A DNA stretch of 64,000 bases from the NCBI GenBank assembly GCA_963749655.1, contig CAVVOB010000013.1:160001-224000 (forward strand), in the 5' to 3' direction. This document shows, piece by piece, positions 48,397 to 59,119 of the stretch. The notes beneath the pieces were generated by a model. That model did no database searches. It was given only the letters and a program-made list of their open reading frames with translations, and had not been told where the DNA came from. A program made the position numbers and the translations under genes. Position 1 is the first letter of the stretch; every line of letters starts with the position of its first letter. The stretch comes from Nitrospirota bacterium (GTDB taxonomy: Bacteria; Nitrospirota; UBA9217).

Positions 48397-49497
48397 TCAA
48401 TTCTGCCGGGGATGCCGCTTCCGCCCCGGACGGTCGCCGCCGCACTCTTCCACCGTCGCGGCGGCTGCGTCCCGGTAAGCGGGGTACTGGTCCGCCTGCG
48501 AGCTTTTCAGGAATTTGTTCAGATACCGGACCGACGTGCCGCAGCGGCCCATCTGTTTCAGCGTCATTCCGGTATTGAAAAGCATCACCGGGTGTCGCGG
48601 CCGCATGCGCTCGACAAAATGCAGCTCCCGCAGCGCTTCCTGGGGTCTGCTCTGTTCCCTCAGCAGGATGCCCAGCAGGAGATGGGGAAGCAGACTGGAG
48701 GGATGATGTTCGATGGCCGCCCGCAGCTGACTTTCCGCCGAGCCGGCATCGCCTTTTATCTGGTAGAGAGAAGCGAGCAGGATGAGTGCCCGCAGATTCT
48801 GAGGATTGACTGCTATGGTTTTCTGGAGCGTGTTGAAAGCCTTTTCGAACTCAGCCTTACCGACGCGGCTGCTGTCATATGCAACCCCGGACGGAGTACC
48901 GAGGGCGATCCATACCTTTTTGGTTTCTTCATTCGACTCCTCCCGGGAGAGGACCGAATCCAGTTTCCGACGGATCTTCTCCGCTTTCGCCTGGTCCCGT
49001 TCGGCACTGAGCTGCCTGACGAGAACGTCGCGGTCTTTCCTGAGCGCGTCGTTCTCCCGGACGGCGTCGTCGAGCTGTTCCTTCAAATCTTCGTTCTGCC
49101 GGTATCGGTTGATCTGGTTGCCCAGGTTATCGGCGTCGATGCTGCAGCGCACCTTGACGGAGATCTCGGGACGCTCCGGCGTTCCGTGCATTCGTTCCGA
49201 GACGACCTCGGCCTCGATGATTCCGGCGGTAATGGTCTTGACCTCGTCACGGGCAAGCTGGAAGCTCTTGACCTGGGTGAGGCCCTCGACGTAGGTGCCG
49301 GCGAGTTCCAGTGCTGTTCGTTTCGCTTCCTGGGCGGCGATTCGGCGGCCGTTGATCTTGCTGTCCTGGTTGCCCATCCGGTACGTGCCTTCAGCTTCGA
49401 TGATCCTGGTTTCAGCGACGACCGCAGCTTCCTGCTGCGCCAGGAGCAGCAGCGAGAGAACAGTCAGCAGGACCATCTTGACATTCCGCGATTCCAT
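48397..49497 (-). CDS. Exported TPR protein
   Basis: Signal peptide, coiled-coil centre, C-terminal TPR-like helical repeats. Confidence 0.75.
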   Translation of the reverse strand: MESRNVKMVLLTVLSLLLLAQQEAAVVAETRIIEAEGTYRMGNQDSKINGRRIAAQEAKRTALELAGTYVEGLTQVKSFQLARDEVKTITAGIIEAEVVSERMHGTPERPEISVKVRCSIDADNLGNQINRYRQNEDLKEQLDDAVRENDALRKDRDVLVRQLSAERDQAKAEKIRRKLDSVLSREESNEETKKVWIALGTPSGVAYDSSRVGKAEFEKAFNTLQKTIAVNPQNLRALILLASLYQIKGDAGSAESQLRAAIEHHPSSLLPHLLLGILLREQSRPQEALRELHFVERMRPRHPVMLFNTGMTLKQMGRCGTSVRYLNKFLKSSQADQYPAYRDAAAATVEECGGDRPGRKRHPRQN

Positions 49498-50500
49498 TTA
49501 CTCCCCCTTCAATTCCCTGGTCATCAGGTCCTGCACCGCCGCCTTCGGGTTCTTGCCCTCGTAGAGGATGAGGTACACTTCTTCAACGATGGGCATCTCG
49601 ATGGAGAACTTCCGCGCCAGGTCCCTCGCGGCCGAAGCGGTCTTGACTCCCTCGGCAACGGTTGTTGCGCCCCTGACGATGTCGTCGAGCTTCTCGCCCT
49701 TGCCGATCCTGGTCCCGAGCGTGCGGTTCCGAGACAGGCCGCCGGTGCAGGTGAGGACCAGGTCGCCCATGCCTGCAAGGCCCGAGAAGGTCGTCAGAGC
49801 TCCCGCCCATGGCCACGCCGAGGCGGGCCATTTCCGCGAGGCCGCGCGTGAGCAGGGCGGCCATGGTATTGTACCCGAAGCCCAGCCCCTCCAGCACGCC
49901 CGCGGCAATGGCCACGACGTTCTTGAGCGCTCCGGCAAGCTCGACCCCCATGACATCGGGGTTCGTGTAGACGCGAAAATAGGAACAGCTCAGGGCTTCC
50001 TGCGCCCGCTTCCCGACGGCGGGATCGTAGGAGGCGAGGGCCACGGCGGTCGGCAATTTCCGGGCGACCTCCTTGGCGAAACTGGGGCCCGAGAGAAAGG
50101 CGAGCCTGCCGTGGTGCGTCTGGGGCAGGACGTCCTTGAACACCTCGGAAAGCGGCATGAGCGTGTCGATCTCGATGCCTTTCGAGGCGCTGATGATGAT
50201 TGCATCGCGTGTCAGCAAAGATGCGTACTGCCGCGTCACGGTTCGCACCGTGTGGGAGGGAACCACGGAGAGGATCATGGGGCGGCCCTTTACAGCTTCT
50301 TCGAGCGACGAGGTCACGGCCAGGGAAGGGGGCAGCGTGAATCCCGGCAGATAGACCCGGTTCTCGCGCGTGCGGGCCGTTTCAACGGCAAGGTCCTTTT
50401 CGTACATCCAGAGGATTACGTCGTGCCCGTTGTCCGCAAGCAACATGGCGAGAGCCGTGCCCCATGCTCCCGCCCCGATGACGCCGATCTTTTCAGTCAT
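49498..50500 (-). CDS. gpsA: NAD(P)H-dependent glycerol-3-phosphate dehydrogenase, one frameshift near 49805
   Basis: [31 protein letters not shown]; C-terminus [12 protein letters not shown]...SRN in another frame. Confidence 0.92.
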
Positions 50501-50611
50501 AATTCCAAATTATAGAGGGAACAGCGGAAAGAGTCAAAAGAATTGTAAAAGGGTGGAGACGCTTTGTTCATCGACCGGGTAAACCGAATCCTGATTCGTA
50601 CGGCAAAGGCG

Positions 50612-50711
50612 TCTCGCGCCAAGACGCAAAGCCGCAAAGAAAGAAAAAATTGACCTAAAAAAAAGCAGTAGCCGTACGGTTTCCTTGGCGTCTTTGCGCC
50701 TTTGCGCGAGA
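50612..50711. repeat. Inverted tandem-unit element, 8-nt unit CGCAAAG(A/C)
   Basis: TCTCGCGCCAAGACGCAAAGCCGCAAAG / CTTGGCGTCTTTGCGCCTTTGCGCGAGA; same family as 5931-6022. Confidence 0.85.
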
Positions 50712-50759
50712 ATAAATCTTTTTTCCTGTTTATTATTTCGTTTCTTCCGCGGTTTTATC

Positions 50760-51466
50760 TCATGCGCCGAGATAGGCGGAAATGACCTTCGGATCGCGCA
50801 GGAGGTTCGCGGCATCGTCCTCCATGACGATGCTGCCGGTCTCGAGCACGTATCCGCGGCTGCTGATCCGGAGCGCCGCCCGGGCGTTCTGCTCAACGAG
50901 CAGGACGGCTGTTCCCTGCCGGTTGATCTCCTGGATCACGGCGAACAACTCCCGGACCATGAGCGGCGCCAGGCCCATGGACGGCTCGTCGAGGAGCAGG
51001 AGCTTCGGCCGCGCCATGAGCGCCCGTCCGACGGCCAGCATCTGCTGCTCGCCCCCCGAAAGCATGCCGGCATGTAATGCCGCCTTTTTTCCCGAGGACC
51101 GGGAAACGGGAGAAAAGGCGCATCGATGTCCGCTCGTATCCTCGCCCGGTCTTTTCGGGTGAAGGCGCCGAGCTCGAGGTTCTCGCGAACCGTGAGCGTG
51201 GTCAGAATGGCCCTTCCTTCAGGGACCTGGACGATCCCGCTTCGCACGATCGCATGGGGCCGCCGGCGCGTGATGTCCTCGCCCTTCCAGACGATCCGTC
51301 CTGCCGACGGCCGGACTATCCCGGAAACGGCGTTGAGGGCCGTGCTCTTGCCCGCTCCGTTCGCGCCGATGAGCGCCACGATCTCTCCGGCGGACACGCG
51401 CAGGGAAATGCCCTTCAGCGCCTGGAGGTGTCCGTAGCGGACCGCCATGCCGGAAAGCTCAAGCAT
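50760..51466 (-). CDS. livF: Branched-chain amino acid ABC transporter ATPase, frameshifted
   Basis: [34 protein letters not shown] and VEQNA across frames. Confidence 0.88.
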
Positions 51467-52242
51467 CGGATCCGTCCTTTCCGAGGTACGCCTCGATGAC
51501 CTGCGGATTCGCCCTGATCTCCGCAGGGCCGCCCTCGGCAATGAGCTCGCCGAAATTCAACACCGCGATATGGCTGCAGATGCCCATGATGACCTTCATG
51601 TCGTGCTCGATGATGCAGATCGTATGGCCCTGGCTGCTTATCTTTACGATCTCGCTCATGAGCTCCCCGGTTTCAGCGGGGTTCATGCCGCAGGTCGGCT
51701 CATCGAGCAGGAGAAGCCGGGGCTCCGTGGCCAGGGCGCGCGCAAGCTCCAGGCGACGCTGCTCGCCGTAGGAGAGGCCGTTCGCCTTCCGGTCCGCATC
51801 GTCCGCAAGCCTGACGAGAGCAAGGAGCTCCAGCGCCTTCTGCCGCAGCCTTTTTTCTTCCCGCCTCGACGACGGCAGCGCCAGCAGGAGGGAGGCGACG
51901 GAGTAGGAGAAGCAGCGGTGCATTCCCACGAGGACGTTCTCCAGCAGCGTCATTTCGCCGAAGACCCGGATGTTCTGGAAGGTCCGGCAGATGCCCCTGT
52001 TCCGTTATTACCGGCGCGGAAAGGCCCGTGATGTCCCTGTCCCGGAACAGGACACGCCCCCCGGTCGGTTTCACCAGGCCGCTGATGATGTTGAACAGCG
52101 TAGTTTTGCCCGCGCCGTTCGGCCCGATGAGGCCCGAGATGCCGCCCTTGCCGATGGTAAAGGAGATATCGTCCAGGACGCGAAGACCGCCGAAGTCCTT
52201 GGTGATATTCCGGAGTTCGAGCATGGCGTTCTCCCGGTTCAT
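51459..52242 (-). CDS. livG: Branched-chain amino acid ABC transporter ATPase, frameshifted
   Basis: GPNGAGKTT, LSYGEQRRLELARAL, IEHDM and VIEAYLG across two frames. Confidence 0.88.
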
Positions 52243-53101
52243 CGACGCCCCGCGAAGAGATTTTTTATCCTGCCCATTGCGGCCCGTCCCACGATCCCGT
52301 TCGGCAGATACAGCACGACGATGACCAGGATCAGTCCGTTCACGGCCAGACGATAGGGTCCGAGAAAGCGGAACAGCTCGGGCAGGATCGTGAGCATGGC
52401 GCTGCCGACGATCGGCCCCCAGAGCGTGCCGGTCCCGCCGAGGATCGCGAAGGTCAGGATGTCCACGGCCGGCTCGAAGCCGTATTCCCGCGGAGAGACG
52501 AAGAACGTGTAGTGGGCGTTCAGGCCGCCGGCCACGCCGGCTATGAAGGCGCCGATCGTGAAGGCGCCGACCTTTACCGGGACGGTACGGATGCCCATGA
52601 CCGACGCCGCGGTCTCGTCTTCGTTGATCGCCTCCAGCGCACGGCCGAACCGCGACCGTTCCAGCCTTGCAAAGGAGTAGACCACGAGGCCGAGGACCAG
52701 CACAAGATGCCGGATCTCGGTCTTGAGAGGAACGCCGTTCAGGCCCAGCGGGCCGCCGGTGATATCGAGGTTCAGAAATATCACGCGCACGACCTCGCCG
52801 AAGCCGAGGGTCGCCATGGCGAGGTAGACGCCCGAGAGCCGGAGCACGGGCATGCCGATGACGAGCGCCACCGCGGCCGGCAGGAGCCCTCCGGCGAGGA
52901 GGCTCACTCCGAAGGGAGCTCCTGCCTTCATGGTCAGGAGCGCCGCGGTGTATGCGCCGATGCCCATGAACGCGGCGTTTCCGAGCGACAGCAGGCCGCA
53001 GGCGAGGGTCATATAGATGGAAAGCGCGAGCAGCCGTGCACGAAGAGGGTATAGATCAGCGTGTTGTAGGTCTGCCAGAACGAAAGGAGGAATTCGCTCA
53101 T
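52239..53101 (-). CDS. livM: Branched-chain amino acid ABC permease, frameshifted near the start
   Basis: SLGNAAFMGIGAY, RLSGVYLAMATLGFGE and ILGG.G motifs. Confidence 0.85.
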
Positions 53102-53104
53102 GGG

Positions 53105-53988
53105 CTATCCCTTCCTTTCCGCAATTTTTCCGAAGATGCCCGAAGGCCGCACCAGCAGGATCAGGAACAGCAGACCGAAGGAGATGGCGTCGCGGAAATC
53201 GGAGGAGATATAGGCAACGCTCAGGATCTCGGACAGCCCCAGTATGATGCCGCCGACCATGGCGCCCCGCATGTCGCCCATGCCGCCGAGGATGATGACG
53301 GCGATGCCCCGGTGCAGGATGGGGCCGCCCATGAAAGTGTGGATGGCGTTGAAGTTGAGGCCCGTGAGCACTCCCGCGGCGCCGCCGAGCGCCGAGGACA
53401 GGAAGGAGGTGAATCTGTAGATCCGCTCCACGGGGATGCCGAGGAGGGCGGCGGTGCGGGCGATTCTCCGCAACGGCGCGCACCGCGGTCCCCCAGGCGG
53501 TCCGTTTGAGCAGCAGGACCATGACGATGCATGAGCGCGAAGGAGACACCGATGATGATGAGCTGGAGAAGCGACAGCTGGACGCCCGGCAGCGAATAAA
53601 ACGTGGAGGGAACCAAATCGAAGGGGAAGCGGTAGACCTCGGCGCCGAAGACGCCCTGGTATATGCTCGTGATGATGGTGGCGCAGCCGATCGTGGCGAT
53701 CATGGGGGCCAGATGATGGTGCTTCTTCTTCCGAAGAGGGCGGACGGCAAGGAAGTCGATGGCAAATCCAAGGGTGCCGGCAACGATCATGCCCGCGGCC
53801 ATGGCCGGAAGGACGCCGACCCCGAGGCTCGTGGCTGCCGTCAGTCCGGCGAAGGCGCCTGCCATGAACACCGCTCCGTGGGCCAGGGAGATGATCTCCA
53901 GCACGCCGAAGATCAGCGTGAAACCCAGGGCGAAGAGGGCGTAGACGGAACCAAGGGCGATGCCGTTGGCGAGCTGCTGTAAGAACAC
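53105..53988 (-). CDS. livH: Branched-chain amino acid ABC permease, frameshifted
   Basis: NGIALGSVYALFALGFTLIFG...AHG; C-terminal ILGGMG...LLVRPSGIFG. Confidence 0.85.
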
Positions 53989-54229
53989 GGGGACCTCAAA
54001 TAATAACAGATCTACTGAAAGGCGCGCCCAGACCGCTGCAGAAGACCGCTAATACGTTCGCGATTCGCGTATGCGCGAAGACGCGTCATGTCAAAGAAAC
54101 TCGAAGAGTGTCAAATACCTGACATGATCACGTACGCGGGAATAGGGTCTTGGCGCGATGCATGCGTCTTTCCGATTCCGGACTTGCATTCCGCTGTCCA
54201 GCGATTCGAACATTCGCGAATTTGGATTT

Positions 54230-55371
54230 CTAATCCGCGTACAGCGTAAAGCGGCGGTCCTTCACGATCAGGACGCGGCCTTTCTGCTCTGCATCGCGGT
54301 TCTCATCAAAGGAAAACAGGCCGCCCACGCCGTGGAAGTTTTTCACCTTGGCGAGGTTGTCCCTGAGAGCGGTCCGGTCCTTCTCGATATCGCCGGTCAG
54401 CTTTGTTTTCCTGAGCGCCTCGGCCATGATGTTGAGCGCGTCATAAGCCTGGGCTGCGAACTGGTCGGGGTCGATGCCGTATTTCTTCTTGAAAGCGGCC
54501 GCGAATTTCTTGTTCCGGGGGCTCGGATCGTCGAGGAACCAGGGGCTGCCGCTGATAGCGCCGTCGGCTGCCTTGCCCGCGATCTCCACCAGTTTCTGGG
54601 AGTTGAAACCGTTGCCGCCGATGAAGTGGATCGTCTCGGGGATGCCGAGCTTTCGCGCCTGGAGGATGATGTTCGCCGCCTCCTCCACGAGCGCCGAGCA
54701 GACGATGGCGTCGGGGTTGAGCGATTTGATCTTCGTCAGCTGGGCCGAAAAGTCGATGTCGCCCTTGGCAAAGGTCTCGGTGGCAACGACCTCAAGCTTC
54801 TCCGCTTCCAATACCTTCTTGAATACGTCATAGCCGGACTTGGTGAAGGCGTCGTCATTGCCGTACAGGACCGCCACTTTTCTGAGGCCCAGTTTCTTCT
54901 TCGCCGCCCGCACAACTTTCGGCAGGATGTCCGCTTCGGCAACGGAGTTCCGGAAGACGTAGGGTCCGATGGCGGTGATCCCGTCGGCGGTGTTCGACGT
55001 GCCGAAGACGACGGTCTTTGGCAGCGTTCGCAATGGGGTCCGCTGCAAAGGCGGAGTTGGAGAGCGTGGGACCGAAGACGGCCAGGACCCGGTCCGTGAA
55101 GATAAGTTTCTTGAACACGGTTATGGCCTCTTCCTTCTTGCCCTGCTCATCTTCGATCACCAGGGTGAGCGGGCGAGCCGTTGATCCCTCCCGCAGCGTT
55201 GATCTCTTCGGCGGCAAGGGCGAACCCGTTTCTGATGGGGACGCCGTACTTTGCGATGGGGCCGGTCAGCGCTTCGGCAACGCCGATCTTGATCTCGCCT
55301 GCCGAGGCGGGGATTGTAGTGGAAAGAAAAACTGCGAAAAGAAGAGCAACAGCAGTCAAACAGGATCTCAT
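54230..55371 (-). CDS. Liv-type ABC transporter substrate-binding protein, in three frames
   Basis: IKIGV...LTGP.A.YG...EEINAAGGING, YVFRN, DFSAQLTKIK and AAQAYDA; GGAGG RBS. Confidence 0.85.
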
Positions 55372-55415
55372 CAGGCACCTCCAGGATTATGTGATAATGC
55401 CGGACCGCGGCCGTC

Positions 55416-55935
55416 AACCATGGGCGGCTTCGCCGCACAGGTGAGAAAAGGTCAAACGTAATGAAACCACAGATAAACACAGATTGACACAGATAGAAAA
55501 GATATACGAAGCCTGGGTTTAATCCGTGTTCATCAGTGTTCATCCGTGGTTAAAATTTCACTTTTCCAGGGTTGCATATCCGTACCACTATAAGGGATGA
55601 GTTAACCACGGGCGGCGTCGCCGCACACGGCTGAAAAGGCCAAACGTTATGAAACCACAGATAAACACAGATTGACACAGATAGAAAAGATATACGAAGC
55701 CTTGGGTTTAATCAGTGTTCATCTGTGTTCATCCGTGGTTAAAATTTTACTTTTCCAGGGTTGCATGTCCGTACCACTATAAGGGATGAGTTAACCACGG
55801 GCGGCGTCGCCGCACACGGCTGAAAAGGCCAAACGTTATGAAACCACAGATAAACACAGATTGACACAGATAGAAAAGATATACGAAGCCCTTGGGTTTA
55901 ATCAGTGTTCATCTGTGTTCATCTGTGGTTAAAAT
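55416..55935. repeat. Tandem array of about 2.75 copies of a 188-189-bp unit
   Basis: Units start at 55416, 55604 and 55793; each contains AACCACAGATAAACACAGATTGACACAGAT ... ATC(A/C)GTGTTCATC(A/T)GTGTTCATC(C/T)GTGGTT. Confidence 0.92.
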
Positions 55936-55988
55936 GAACTTTTTGTCCCGGTTTTCTACCGTGTTCATCCGTGGTTACGTGAAGTGAT

Positions 55989-57017
55989 TTATGTGTTCGG
56001 TTCGATGATGACCTTCATGCACCCGTCGGGCTGTGCGCCGGTCATGAACGCTTCGACGATGCGGTCGATGCCGAACCGGTGCGTCACCATATCGGTCACC
56101 TCGACGACACCGTGCCGGATGAGCTCCAGGGCCTGCATGTTGTCGAGCGGGGCCGCTCCGTAGCAGGTCCTGATCGTGATGTCGTCGCGCCAGAAGGGGT
56201 TGAAGTCCACTGCAACGGTCTCGCCCGGCTTCGGCACGGCGAAGAAGAGGATCGTGCCGCCCCGTTCCGCCGAGGCGAGCGCGGTCCTGGCCGCGGGCAG
56301 GGCGCCGGCAGAGAGGATGACCGCGTCGGCCAGCCGTCCGTCGTTGACCTTCCTGATGAACGCGGGCACGTCCTCGTTTGCCGCGATCGTATGGTTTGCG
56401 CCGAACTGCCGTGCCTTTTCCATCCGGTAAGGGCTGAGGTCGGTTGCGATGATGTTCCCCGCGCCCAGGGCGCGGGCCAGCTTGATCATCAGCATGCCCG
56501 CGACGCCGCTGCCGCAGACGAGCACGCTCTGTCCGGGCTTCAGGCCGACGGTCCTCATAGCGCGCACCGCTGTTGCCAGCGGTTCGATGAACGTGGCCTG
56601 CTCGAAGGTGACTGAATCAGGGAGTTTGATCGTGCCGGTCTCGACGCTCCTGCCGGTCACGCACAGGAGCTGGGAAAAGCCGCCGGGCTCGAAATTGTTG
56701 ACGCTCTGGAAGGTCGTGCAGGCCGTTTCGTGGCCGGTGAGGCAGTGGTAGCAGGCGTTGCACGGGACATGGTGGGTCACGAAGACACGGTCCCCGGGCT
56801 TCACGTTCGTGACGAGCTTCCCGGCCTCGACCACGACGCCGGCCGGCTCGTGGCCCAGGACGAGCGGCGCCCGTTTGATCCGGTACCACTCCATCAGGTC
56901 CGAGCCGCAGAGGCCGCAGGCCATGATCCTGACCACGATGTCGCGGTCGCCGGCCTTCGGTTCAGGCCGTTCTTCCACGCGGACATCGCTGTTCTTGTAG
57001 TAAACGCCGACTTTCAT
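55989..57017 (-). CDS. Zn-dependent medium-chain alcohol/polyol dehydrogenase
   Basis: GLCGSD, LGHE, CNACYHC...C and GSGVAG motifs. Confidence 0.92.
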   Translation of the reverse strand: MKVGVYYKNSDVRVEERPEPKAGDRDIVVRIMACGLCGSDLMEWYRIKRAPLVLGHEPAGVVVEAGKLVTNVKPGDRVFVTHHVPCNACYHCLTGHETACTTFQSVNNFEPGGFSQLLCVTGRSVETGTIKLPDSVTFEQATFIEPLATAVRAMRTVGLKPGQSVLVCGSGVAGMLMIKLARALGAGNIIATDLSPYRMEKARQFGANHTIAANEDVPAFIRKVNDGRLADAVILSAGALPAARTALASAERGGTILFFAVPKPGETVAVDFNPFWRDDITIRTCYGAAPLDNMQALELIRHGVVEVTDMVTHRFGIDRIVEAFMTGAQPDGCMKVIIEPNT

Positions 57018-57067
57018 TTTTTTGTTTCACCATGCATAGGTTAAAAATGTCCTGGAAAAAAATGGTT

Positions 57068-57161
57068 TCGCGCAGGGACGCCGAGGCGCGGAGAAAGGCC
57101 AGATCGTAAATTCAGGCACTGCGAATTTAGTTTTCTCTGCGTTCTCCGCGGCTCCGCGCGA
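57068..57161. repeat. Inverted tandem-unit element, TCGCGC...GCGCGA termini
   Basis: TCGCGCAGGGACGCCGAGGCGCGGAGAAA / TTTCTCTGCGTTCTCCGCGGCTCCGCGCGA. Confidence 0.75.
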
Positions 57162-57184
57162 GACATGCATTTAGTCTTTGATTG

Positions 57185-58062
57185 TTACTTGCTCTTCACG
57201 TCCTGGTAATACTGATACGCTTCCTTCACGCTCGCGCCTTCATGAACGACCTTGCGCACGGCGTTGATCATGGCGACGGGAGCGTCGGACTGGAAGATGT
57301 TCCTTCCCATGTCCACGCCCGAGGCGCCCTGGCTGATGGCGTCGTGGGCCATCTGGAGCGCGTCCTTTTCCGGAAGCTTCTTGCCGCCGGCCATCACGAT
57401 CGGCACCGGGCAGGCCGCGGCGACCTGCTCGAACCCGGGGACGTGGTAGGTCTTGACGAACGTCGCTCCGAGCTCGGCGCAGGATGCGCGTGGCAAGGCT
57501 GATATAACGCGCGTCGCGCACCATGTCCTTGCCCACGGCCGTGACTCCGAGCACCGGCATGCCGTAGCGCATGCCCGCGTCCACCAGCCGGGTCATGTTG
57601 TGGACCGACTGGGTCTCGTACTCGCCGCCGATGAAGACCTGCACGGCCACGGCGGACACGTTCATGCGCAGGGCGTCCTCCATGTCCACGGCGATCTGCT
57701 CGTTCGACAGCTCCTTCAGGATGCTCGGGCCGCCGCTCGCGCGCATGACCACGGAGTTGGAAACCGACGGATCGATCATGGAGCGCAGCATCCCGCGCGT
57801 CAGCATCAGGGCATCGGCATAGGGGATGAGCGGCCGGATCGTGACGTCGACCCGTTCGAGTCCGGTCGTCGGGCCCTGGAAATATCCATGGTCGAAGGCC
57901 AGCATCACGGTTTTGCCGGACTGGGGATTGAAGATCGCGGGCCAGCCTGTTCTTCATGCCCCAGTCGTAGGAGTTCGACCCCTTGAGAAAGAATGCGTCG
58001 CATTTCTGGGGGATGTCGGTATAGTAGTTTTTTTCTTTCTTCGAAAAATCCTGTTCTGCCAT
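57185..58062 (-). CDS. lsrF: LsrF-family thiolase/aldolase, two frameshifts
   Basis: [37 protein letters not shown] and VDMGRNIFQ across three frames. Confidence 0.88.
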
Positions 58063-58247
58063 GGGAAAGCCTCCTTGATGGTTCACGGAAAGGTCATGGT
58101 ATGAATTGCATGATAAGGGCTCTAATGTAAAGCAAGACCCTGAATAAATCAAGGGGAAAATCGAATATCCGGGCGCAGGAGGCGCTTGAAAACGGTCCGT
58201 AAAGGTGTATATTGTCCTGCGCTGTATAACGGAAGGAAGAACCTATC

Positions 58248-58724
58248 GTGAAACTGTTCTTCGGAAAAAAGGTGGTGGAAAGTACGCCCGCTCATGTGGT
58301 CGACCAGTGCGTCGAGTCTTTCAAAACAGGCATCAACTGCACCCAGGCCGTCCTGTCCGCCTACGGACCCCGCTACGGGGTGGACCAGGCGACGGCGCTG
58401 AAGATCGCCGCAGCCTTCGGGTCAGGCATGGGTACGGGAGACACCTGCGGCGCAGTGACCGGCGCGCTCATGGTCATCGGCCTGAAGCACACGAAAGTGA
58501 AGGGATTCGGCCTCCTTTCGAAAGACAGGACCGAGGCGGCGGCCCAGGAGCTCATTGCGGAATTCAAAAAACGGAACAACACCGTGATCTGCAGGGAGCT
58601 TCTCGGTTGCGATCTGGGCACGGCGGAAGGCCAGCAGACAGCGAAGCGGGAAAAACACTTCAAGAAGCGCTGCCCCAGGTACGTCCGCGATGCGGCGGAG
58701 ATCATCGAGGAAATGCTGAAATGA
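58248..58724 (+). CDS. C-GCAxxG-C-C family putative redox protein
   Basis: NCTQAV, FGSGMG...TCGAVTG, ICRELLG and KRCP. Confidence 0.85.
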   Translation: MKLFFGKKVVESTPAHVVDQCVESFKTGINCTQAVLSAYGPRYGVDQATALKIAAAFGSGMGTGDTCGAVTGALMVIGLKHTKVKGFGLLSKDRTEAAAQELIAEFKKRNNTVICRELLGCDLGTAEGQQTAKREKHFKKRCPRYVRDAAEIIEEMLK

Positions 58725-58817
58725 GAATGGGGAATGCGGAATGCGGAATGCGGAGGTTTCGATTGTACTCCTGGCCCCTTGCTACTGGCTACTGGACCCT
58801 GATTTAATGACTTGCAG

Positions 58818-59033
58818 CTATCTGCGCAGCAGGGTGCCGACGGCCTTGACGATGAGCAGGACCCAGGGAGTGCCGTGCAGCACGAGATCGAACCAGTCGA
58901 TGGGCCGCACGAGCCGGCCCTTTGCGAGCATCTGCAGCTTTTCCCAGATATGGGGCGGCGCAAAGGGCGCCAGGCCCAGGGTCAGGCAGGCAACGATGAG
59001 CAGGTTCCAGGGCAGTTTGGGCATGAATTCCAT
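58818..59033 (-). CDS. Small membrane protein
   Basis: LGLAPFAPPHIWEKL...DWFDLVLHG, two hydrophobic segments; AAGGAG RBS. Confidence 0.75.
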   Translation of the reverse strand: MEFMPKLPWNLLIVACLTLGLAPFAPPHIWEKLQMLAKGRLVRPIDWFDLVLHGTPWVLLIVKAVGTLLRR

Positions 59034-59119
59034 TTAGTAAAACTCCTTGAAGAGGCGGCTTGTCATGACGTTGGCGCAAGGCCCCGGCTTTCCCCCGCCG
59101 GGCTTGGTCTGAAAAATTT

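Noticed and set aside
53990-54229. Possible structured RNA between the Liv binding-protein gene and livH
   Set aside because: Only a short imperfect inverted match (TCATGTCA/TGACATGA) is visible, which is too weak to call.
55416-55935. CRISPR array
   Set aside because: Whole 188-bp units repeat with no unique spacers, and there are no cas genes.
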